Part shown: positions 54,142-64,000 of the stretch, in pieces
Numbering within the stretch: position 1 is the first letter of the stretch
Layout of the letters: every line of letters begins with the position of its first letter
DNA from: Paragordius varius
Lineage: Eukaryota; Animalia; Nematomorpha
Direction of reading: 5' to 3'
DNA: 64,000 nucleotides
Assembly (NCBI GenBank): GCA_964247055.1
Contig: OZ176051.1
Coordinates: 6,758,001 to 6,822,000, forward strand
The notes under the pieces: generated by a model
What the model saw: the letters and a program-made list of their open reading frames with translations, nothing else
What the model was told of the DNA's origin: nothing
Database searches by the model: none
Position numbers and translations under genes: made by a program

Positions 54142-57100
54142 ATGGGTAAAAAACGTGCAAGCGAAGTGCAGTATGGTAGAGCCATATTACAACGCAAAAA
54201 AATCGGTGTACATAATGGATATTTAGAACAAAATAAAAAGATCAATAAAGTCAATTTAAACCTAAATATATTAAAATTACCTTGGTTAAAACAGCGATCC
54301 AAATATTCCCATATTGCAGCCATAAGGTTTTATATATTTTATTTTGGTTAGATTACACGAAGAAATATGCGATTTTTACGATTATATATCTCCAACAGTC
54401 AAAGAATATAAAATAAGAATAAATGCAATCAAAAGACTGAAAAAATCGATGAAAGAAATTTACCCTCATGCCGTTTTAAAAGTGTTTGGAAGTTTTAAAA
54501 CAGGATTATATTTGCCATTCAGGTTTAATCTTGTTTTACTGCAGTGATATTGATGTTGTGATGGTTGGAAAATGGAAAATAATTCCTCTTGAAACAGTTA
54601 AAAGAAAACTCATTAGTTCAAATATAGCCAAAAGTCAGGAAATCAAAATTTTAGCGAATGCATCGGTATTAATTTGATATTTTAGCTTTATTGTAATCGT
54701 TATAATGAGAAATTTCAATTCAGAATATATAGTTATTCTTGTAAATTGGTGTATGATAATTATTTTGCGAAATTATTATAATATATCTATCTATATATCT
54801 CATTGGTTTTGTTTCTTAGGTTAACATATATTGATATTTAAAATATATTTACTTTATTTAATATTATTTTAATACGGTTAACCAATTTCATATATATAGA
54901 GTCCTGCTTTCAACTATAGACTTGTTTAGAAATTAAAATAAATTTGCTAAAAATAATGGTTATTTTGTCTAAAATTTTGGAATTGGGTTTTTATTTTGTT
55001 TATGTTTTCAACCAATCTAGATCCCTATCATTAAATTCCGTGAAAAGGAAACCAATCTAACCATAGACATTAGTTTTAATACAATCAATGGAATAGAAAG
55101 TGCAATATTCATTAAAGTTCTAATTTATTTTTAATTTGCAGAAATTCACTAAAAAATATCCAATTATGAATCCTATTATACTAATCATTAAACTTTTTCT
55201 CTATATACGTGGACTGAATGAAGTGTATTACGGAGGGCTGGGTTCATACGCCTTATCATTGATGGTTATTAATTTTATTCAGGTATTTTTATGATATTTT
55301 CATTTTATTTAATAACCATAAAATTGTTTCATCAAAGTATGGTAAACATTATATGTAGGTTTTTGCCAGTAAGTTTTGTAAAATGATCTTAATTTATCAG
55401 TTGAACTATACCATAAAATTGGGGTAACATTGGTGATAAATTATTAATTATTATAAATATCTTTTTGATCACCTTCTTAAACTGAACTCCTGATTTTTCT
55501 AAAAAAACGGTACACAAAATATTTAGCTTTGAAAATTTTTATTTATCGTATCGGTTTTACTATTAATATTTAAGCAAATAGTTTTAATTTGGGTATACCA
55601 AAAATACTTGATCCCCAAAACTAGAAGACTACTTTACTTTGAAAATCAAATATAATATGGATCAAATACAATAATTAGGGTTTAAATTTATGAAATATTT
55701 TTTACATTTTAAAAAAACCAATGGTTTGATGTCGATCCTTGGCTTTTTATCTTATAACTGAACTGCTGTTGTTCATTAAATGCGTCGATTTAGGCCAAAC
55801 TATCGCTATTTTATTTTTAAAACTTTTAAGATTTTTTGATATTTATAGAATCATATAAAAATATATTCGATTAATTTCACACTATAGTCTCATCACCGAC
55901 TCTTGGCCGATATTGAATTGTCTGAACAAAATGATGGTGTCCTGCCTTCTTTTCAAACATCGCAAAAACGGTTGTCTGAAAAGATTCCTATTAACTTAGG
56001 TGTAGTCCTTATCGAATTTTTGGAACTCTTTGGTCATAATTTTAATTATGAGGAAACGGGCATCAGGGTTGTACCTTACGAGAATGCGTTAAATAACCCA
56101 GATGCAGTTGTACGGAATACGATTGAAAGTATACATGAATTGAAAAATCTCGTGAGAGCCAATGATGACAGTCGATCTGACAGTTTGTATTTTCGTCTAT
56201 ATTTTATAAACGAAATTTATTGATGTTTTAATCGAATAATTTTTATATGGATTTTAACTCTATTTCTCAAAAATATATGAATGTTCATGCTTTTTATTTT
56301 TTTACAAAAAAACTTTTATATCATATTTTTAAAGTTGTAAAAATAAAAATTTCCTATATTTAATCTCAATCCTATTTAACTATCATCTTCTTAATGTTAT
56401 ATATATATATATATATATATCTTTTGTTAGTCTAAAAAAATTGTTTTCTGTTTGGATTGAATAAAAAACTTTTTTATCTACAAAAACGTTTTTCACAGAT
56501 ATATTTATATATAATATTTAGATTTTTATCCCCTGCATAATTTATAGCTAATATTAACCAAGACTCTAAAAACGATTCCAAATTATTATCCAAGGATGAA
56601 TTGATGAAAAATATCGTTAAAGAAAATCACTATTATTTTCCCAAAGAACGGTATGTACTCTATATGAGTGAATATGGTAGCGCCAATCTCCTATGTATTC
56701 AAGATCCCCTTAACCCAGGTATAATAAAAATGTTTTAATAAAAAATTAAATTATTATATAAAATAATCATTAATTTTGTATGTTAAACCATTTTGTATTG
56801 CCGAGGATTATTAGTTCTTTCTATGCAATACATGCGAGTGCACATAATTTAACCAAAAATATATTTTTGTTCCGTTTTTAAATATTTTGTTTTTGAATTT
56901 TTCAAAAATACAATTTTATAATTTTCTTTCTAGCTAGGGTTAAGTTTTGTTTTATTTAGAAAAGGTCTTACCGTATATTATTAATGGAAATATAATTAAT
57001 AAACTTTTATTTCAAATGATTGCACCATCTAAACGAGATTCATCATTTAATTACTTAATTTATATTACTAATATTTGGACCGAGAATATTTTTTATATAT

Positions 57101-59267
57101 TTCCCATTTTCTTTACATTATTGAATTCGATACTTGTGTATGTAGGGTTAGTTTTTTAAATTCAAAATAATTACCGCTTGACTGATTAAATGCAGTCCTT
57201 TAGGGTAATAGGATCATAAAAATATTATTGTAAAAAAAATAGCATAATCAATTACTATTTAATAATGTTATAATTAAGTAAAAAATTTTGAAAGTTGTTT
57301 ATATATGGGCAAAGTAAATCAGGATTTTTTGATATGGAGTACAAGTTTAGGCAAAGATTTTTTTACTTTTCCCATGCCCCCTAGTAAAAAAGTGCTTGCG
57401 AAGTATAGATTATAATTGAAAATTGGCTTTTGCTCTTAGTTTTACCGAAGATAATCTAGCCAACAAAAAGTGTAAGTAACAGGGTTTTATAATATCAATA
57501 TTTATAAATCGTTTTAAGCAGTTACAGTTATGCATATAATTTTAACATTAACCGTGGTTATACCCAATTTTACCATTAGATCTTTTTTACTTCCGCTATA
57601 TAATTATTATTAAATACTAGTTTGAATTGATATAACTTTTTTTAATAACCATAGTAAACATTGATTTATCTTACGTAAAGTTAATTGCAGTAGTAAAATA
57701 TGTATCCGAGTTTTTAAACAATTTCATCTTTTGTTGTTTTTACCATTTCTGAAAAAAAAATTAATTTATAGGTAAAAATAAAGTAAAAGAAAAAAATAGT
57801 TAATATAATCAATAATACAATTTTGGGCAATAAATTTTGAAAATCAATTTATACCATCAAATATCAATGATAAATAATAAAAATCATAAAACGCTAAAAT
57901 TTAATTATATTAGCTTAAAATTAAAAAAAAACTAAATAATTAAATTGTCATAAAATAAAAAAATTGTTTTTAACTCTAAAAAAATTGTTGGTTTTTCTTG
58001 AAAATGTTGCGTTTGTTAAAAACGTTGTATTTGCTCGAAAAAATGTTGCGTTTATTTGAAAAAATGTTGTTTTTGCATGAAAAATGGTATATTATACAAT
58101 TAGTAAGTTAACTTTATTTGTTTTTTTATTCGTTTTTACACTATGTCTATATAATTTCGATTTTATCTGGTCATATATATATATAGCTAATGATGTGGGT
58201 AGGACATCGTTTAGGTTTGAAACGGTGCGAGATGCCTTCTCCATGGCTTACGTTTATTTGACGCGAGCTGTCCTTAACCTTGAACACGCTGTAATTGATT
58301 ATCACGGTGTAGAATTTGAGAAGGAGCAAGTTTGTAATAGGGAGCACATTTTTACCAAGTATCATGATGCCTCATTGAAATTGCTATCAAGGGCCAAGTT
58401 TAAGCGGGCCAACATTCCCATCCTAAACAAGGCCGAAAGTATTGAGAATTTAGTACGTAATCCGATTCAACCGACGACTTCACAAGTAGTCAGGTATAAT
58501 AAGGGCCGTCAATATGTCTTGTCCCCTACTATACACAGGGATGAAAAGTGGAAGCAAGTTGATGACCGTGTACAAAATAGGTGAATTAACATTTTTTTGT
58601 TAAACTAAAAGTATGGGATATCAAATTTAATATCGATGATAGGTTAGTTTAGGCAGACGGTTAAATATGAAGTTTTAATTTAATTTTAGTTGCGATGTAA
58701 AACGGTGTTTGATAAAAAATTATATTTTGGGTTAGCGCTCTTTTCATTTATCATCAAAATATTACCATAGGTTAGCCCACTGATTTTAGAATAATATGGC
58801 TTTAAAATCTAGTAATTAGGTAATTATAAGAAACTCAAATATATGGATATTGTTTATCATTTGTGATGGTTTTAGAAGCGTTTTTCCCTTTTACATTAGT
58901 CACTTACGGGTGAACAGAGGTTGTTATTGTTTGTACATTTAACCAATGGTATTTTAGTATGAATACAAAAACATAATAAATTTCTTAATTAAATGACCAG
59001 TCTTAAGCTTTTTATTATAATAAATTTTGTCTTACTATGATCATAATATAAAATATGTACTATTATATTTTATGTCATATCGGTAGAATAAACTAATAGG
59101 TGTATACTTATTTCTTTTGTTTAATAATTTACACATTTTATATGTTTTGTAGTATTCTGGGACTAATTATTCACATACCGATTGAAATTGCCGGTTATCG
59201 GAAATGGATTAATGCCTATTTCAATGATGATGGTACCTTAAAAAGGAAAAATACTCAAGAATTATAG
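54142..59267 (+). CDS. TENT4: Non-canonical poly(A) polymerase of the Trf4/PAPD5/TENT4 family, 10 exons, about 552 aa
   Basis: Exons 54142-54326, 54352-54522, 54545-54665, 55021-55116, 55142-55282, 55888-56182, 56548-56650, 56681-56718, 58187-58580, 59153-59267. Motifs LHEEICDFYDYISP, FGSFKTGLYLPFSDID, IDISFN, GGLGSYAL, NLGVVLIEFLELFG, CIQDPLNP-NDVGR, SILGLII. The start codon is the least certain part. Confidence 0.9.
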
Positions 59268-59377
59268 TAGCATATATTTTATAGCTAATAAATAAATAAA
59301 TTATTTACAAAATATTTATTTTCTTATCATTATATTTATGGCGTATCTATAATGTTTCTAATGCTGTACAGTCCATT

Positions 59378-61287
59378 TCAATTGTAATCTAGAAAAATAA
59401 ACATAAAGAGAATAATTAGTATCATAAAAAATTTAATTATTTTTTAAACATAATAAATATACAAATTAATATAATTAAAGAAAATATATTACTTATTTTG
59501 TGTTGTATAATTTTACCATATCCGCCACGTCCTGGGTCATAATCTATGCGGTATTCATCGCGTACCTTTTTGAGAAAAAAACCATAAAAAACAAATTTAT
59601 TTAACTTTTTTCCTTTAATAAATTTGATTGAATTAAAAGGGTTATTAGAATTTGAATATTATATCAATGAATATTAAAATATTTAACCAAAACATATAGA
59701 TATAGACTATAAATTTTTTGAATTAAGAAAACCAGATTTTTTGATCCTCGCTATAAATCTATGCGATTACAGTTGCAAAACATCATATTAATGATGATGC
59801 TAATTTTTATCTCGTTCCCTTTTTCGCAACCCAAAAAAATAAATATAATCAAAGAATTAACAATTTTCTTCCGAATATAATATTTTAATGGTTTTGTTTT
59901 CGTTTTGCTTGCTGTATAAATTTAGATAAACATACCTGGCCACCAGATTTCCCCCTTCCATATTGTCTCCCCTCAATAAAGCCGGCATCCCAATCAGTCC
60001 TGACTATTCTATCATCTAATCGAGTTCCATTAACGAAATTCATGGCATTCTCAGCATCTTCTCTTTCATAAAATCTATATGATGGATACACAGAGAAATA
60101 AGCCGAACAAATCAAAAAATAATATGTTTAAAATAAATATTTTTTGTTTCTGTATCAATATACCCACTTTTGTTCTCAACTTTGACCAAGTAGTATATCA
60201 TAAAAATAATAAAGTGTATTGTTAATTGGTTAAGCGATAATTATTTAATAAAACTTTTTTGCGAGGGGAGGGGTCACTGTATATATAATTATCGATTGGA
60301 ACCATGTTAGCATTACGTGGTTCCAAAAATGAAGTTATTATTTTTTTAAATATACATCATCTTGTAGAGAGTTAGGTAAGCAAAATAAAATTCGGTTGAA
60401 AGGGAAAGAGAGGAGGGCCATATTGTATTAAATTAGATACAACCAAAAGCAAATAAAAAACCTTCCTTCGTTATAAAATCTTAAATCGGATATTGTTCCG
60501 ATACTGTTTATTGGATAAATTTTTTGGAAAAACAATTCTGGTTCAAATCCCTACCAATTAGCATAATCGATGTAACATAAATTGGCTATTATATGTTAAT
60601 TAAATACCAAAAAAAACTTTGGATATGAGTTAGGATCGGAAAATTTTTTGATAACTAATCAAAGGGAAGCGGAATAAGTTTTAATTTATGATATATATAG
60701 CACTATATATGATAAAAATATTTGAAATAATTATGTTATAAAAATACAAGACCATACAGATAAAGTCAAAGGTTTATTTAAAAATATGTTAATAAAATTA
60801 TCAAATCGGGAGAAAAATTAATGATATTGTTGATGATACAAATATGGAAATTAAATCAATTATTTAGTTGTTTTATAAAGGCTGCAGGTACACCGGTTGT
60901 ACAAAAGCGGTTTATTTCAAAAACAAAAAATTTAACATTCCATTAAAAACTATGGGATATTTTTCAAACCAATATAAAGATATTAATTTTAAGAATTATA
61001 TTTACGACTATAAAACACTTACTCAACAAAACAAAATCCACAAGGTGTTTTTCCTACTCGGTCTAACCCCATAATTATTCGTTTAACGTCACCACATTTT
61101 GAAAACAGTTCATTAATCTGTTCTTCAGTTGTATAAAATGAAAGATTTCCAATATAAAGCGTTGAACTTGAGGTTAATAATTTTTCCAAATCCGTTAGAC
61201 TTCCCTTTAAAGTAATTAGAATAAGATAAGAAAAATATAAAAATAAATTAAACTTACCGGGAATTTTCTGTCGCGATAGGCGAGCAT
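59378..61287 (-). CDS. NCBP2: Nuclear cap-binding protein subunit 2 (CBP20), RRM
   Basis: Exons 61287-61258, 61204-61023, 60074-59936, 59565-59493, 59388-59378 (last tiny exon tentative). Peptides [68 protein letters not shown]. Confidence 0.95.
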
Positions 61288-61346
61288 GTTTACAAACACG
61301 CTTTAAAATGAATGAATTTTAACATTGGGACGTTATATAAATCAAA
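61288..61346. promoter_or_regulatory. 59-bp head-to-head interval between the NCBP2 and PHGDH start codons (putative bidirectional promoter)
   Basis: Divergent ATGs at 61287 (-) and 61347 (+); TATATAAA at 61334-61341; promoter function is inferred. Confidence 0.55.
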
Positions 61347-63886
61347 ATGAAAATTTTATTGACTGATAAAATTGACGATGTATGTTACCATATTCTCGAA
61401 AAATCTAAAGATTTGATTATCAAACGAATAGATAAAATAAATTCCAAGGATCTTATTCAAACGATTAAGGTATTTTTATGTTAATTTTAGCCATATCAAT
61501 GCATTTTATTGCGATCTGCTACTAAAATCACAGACAATATTTTAGTTAATAGTCCCAACCTAAACATAATTGGTCGTGCTGGTACAGGAGTCGATAACAT
61601 TGATGTAAAAACTGCTACAAAATGCGGAATTTTTGTCTTAAAGTTTTATTATACTTTGATACATAATATATAGTACACCGCAAGGAAACAGTATTAGCGC
61701 TTGTGAATTGGCTTGTACCTTTATATTAGCACTTTCAAGGTTATTTTGCGAAAAATTAATTGTAAATTGTTAAAAACCACTATTTTATTATAACATAATT
61801 GGACGGAACTGTTTTTGTCGACCATACAAAAAAATTTAAATTACAACTATTTAGCACCTATCTTTTCAATATTTTTTTAATTTTAACATTATGTTTAATT
61901 AATTGTTTTCTTTAATTATAAATATTTATAGGAAAAGTAACCGTACGTTAAATCTTTTTTTTGTCGTTTTGTAAATGTTTCCAACCGAAATCACAGACAA
62001 AAATTGAATCCGGAATAGAAAATGTTTTCAATTCTAATCTCTGTTTTTTATTTCCCTTAACGCCTATTGTTTTTTTAACGTTATTCATTAAATTACCTCT
62101 TATTTAGTCTGGCGCTGTTTAAATCCATGAGATATCAAATTTATTTATGAAATGTGAAAATTTAGATGTATCACTTAAATTTATATATTCATCCTCAACA
62201 TTTTCTATCTTTATTGATGGTGATCCATAGTATTTGCACAATTTTTGAATATTGTTGATTTCCAAAGCCCTTTAACCAAGGGTGCTTATTCTTTTTTTGT
62301 GATATAGAAATATTACATCTGCCCATAATTCATTGCAAGCGTTTCGGTGGGATCGTAACAATTACATGGGAAATGAATTATATGGCAAAACTTTGGCTAT
62401 AATTGGTTTGGGACGGATAGGTAGGGAAGTTGCAATGCGGATGAAAGCATTTGGTATGAAGGTAATTAAGTCAATTACTTTTTACAATATTGTTTTTTTT
62501 CTGCAGACAATTTTGATTTCTATTTTACTGATAAGAAACGGAAGAATAATGACTTTTGGAAATGCCATTTTTTATTGATTTGTGAAAAATAGTCACTTTT
62601 TAGCAATCTTTTATCAAATATAACCTATTTTGTGCAATGCGATTGTGTAAATTATTCTTTTTATTTACTGTGGTTAAAGAATTACAATATGTATGTGGAA
62701 CTTTTTTTGTTATGCCCGTTAATATTTCTGTGTGGAAGGACATTTTATTTCTTTTACATTTGTAAAATTTTTTGCATCCTTAATGTGCCTAACTGTTTAG
62801 GTGATTAGTATTTTATTACTTTGACTTTTGGAATTGACTTTTAACTATTGAAACAAATATAAATAACCTTTGGTTTTTATAGACTCTTCTGCTGTAAATA
62901 AAAAATTTCTTTTTACTTTTATTTCTATTACTCGTAATTAGTTTTAAATTTAAAGAAATTATATATATTTATTTTTTTACCTTAAAACACTATTTTTAGA
63001 TTATAGGGTATGATCCTTTAGTAACTCCTGAAATGGCAAACGAATGGGATATTCTCTGGTTAGAACTTCAAGAAATTTGGCCTTTGGCCGATTATATAAC
63101 TGTGCATGTTCCATTGATACCTCCTACTAAATGTACACGTTTTTTTATACTTTCAATCCATTATTTTGTATAAATTTATTTAAAGACATTTTTTGTAAGT
63201 TTTTATATATATTACTAATATTATAATATCGCATAATTTTTTATTTTTTNNNNNNNNNNNNNNNNNNNNNNNNNNNNNNNNNNNNNNNNNNNNNNNNNNN
63301 NNNNNNNNNNNNNNNNNNNNNNNNNNNNNNNNNNNNNNNNNNNNNNNNNNNNNNNNNNNNNNNNNNNNNNNNNNNNNNNNNNNNNNNNNNNNNNNNNNNN
63401 NNNNNNNNNNNNNNNNNNNNNNNNNNNNNNNNNNNNNNNNNNNNNNNNNCAATAGTTGTTGAGAGATGATAAAAAAAAATTATATTTTAATATATCTGCC
63501 TTGTTCATGAAAAATGCCTGTTTTTAAAAAAAATTTAATTTGTTATGTGTTTTAATAGTGTAAATTTTAGTAGTATTTAAATATAATTTTTTCGAAATTT
63601 GTTTTTTATATGAATGCTACAATTTCAAGCACAAACATTAATGATCATTGCAATTTTTTACACATGTGTTATAATATAGTTAAAACGGATAAATTTATAA
63701 TTTTTAACATTTTTTTTTAATTTTCGTTTTTAAATAGATTTAATTAATGCTAAAACATTGAATCAATGTAAATCAGGCGTACGTATAATTAATTGTGCCC
63801 GTGGTGGGATTATTAATGAATTGGATTTGTTACACGCTTTAGAGTCAGGTCTTTGTGGTGGCGCCGCCTTGGATGTTTTTGAACAG
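61347..63886 (+). CDS. PHGDH: D-3-phosphoglycerate dehydrogenase, 5' part (gene continues past the window end)
   Basis: Exons 61347-61469, 61491-61642, 61674-61739, 62308-62461, 63000-63132, 63738-63886. Motifs [83 protein letters not shown]. Confidence 0.95.
63250..63449. other. Assembly gap (200 N) in PHGDH intron 5
   Basis: Run of N. Confidence 1.
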
Positions 63887-64000
63887 GTGACTTCCTAAAT
63901 AGTTTTATGGTTTCAGCAAGTTTCTCAAATTAGAAAATTTAAATAACAAGTTTAGTTGTTTCATTGATTAATTAAAATAAAAAATTTATGTTTCATTGCA

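Noticed and set aside
58084-58186. Hydrophobic N-terminus of the 166-aa ORF at 58084
   Set aside because: Intronic; homology to TENT4 begins at the acceptor at 58186
61470-61490. Possible non-standard genetic code (TAA/TAG read-through), because this 21-nt segment is in frame
   Set aside because: Other interruptions are 22, 25 and 31 nt (not 3n), all are GT-AG bounded, and TENT4 ends normally at TAG, so tiny introns explain the data
63180-63508. ORFs of 90 and 95 aa in the track
   Set aside because: Artefacts of translating across the N gap
1-64000. CRISPR arrays, rRNA, tRNA or other prokaryotic systems
   Set aside because: No regularly spaced repeat-spacer structure or structural RNA signature seen; the window is intron-containing eukaryotic DNA

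Overview
Very AT-rich eukaryotic (inferred metazoan) genomic DNA; no prokaryotic operons, CRISPR, rRNA or tRNA genes recognised. The right end (54-64 kb) holds three tightly packed conserved genes: TENT4/PAPD5-type non-canonical poly(A) polymerase (+), NCBP2/CBP20 (-) and PHGDH (+, runs off the window). Their conserved motifs are split by ultra-short GT-AG introns of 21-31 nt. At 44.7-51.2 kb an 11-exon orphan gene encodes a predicted secreted glycoprotein of about 434 aa. The apparently empty 9-39 kb region contains two tandem, paralogous minus-strand genes, which the ORF track does not resolve. They are built from dozens of 9-45 nt micro-exons, almost all symmetric and phase 1, resembling schistosome micro-exon genes. 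The two genes share exon lengths (15/18/9/87, 39, 36, 33/21/21) and include runs of 21-nt one-heptad exons. These micro-exon models were assembled by hand from splice signals, phase and paralogy, and need RNA confirmation. Repeats include a near full-length dead RTE retrotransposon with a fold-back 5' junction, a complete fossil hAT (Charlie/SPIN-like) transposon, non-autonomous hAT and Tc1/mariner-like MITEs, and a 1.2-kb palindrome.
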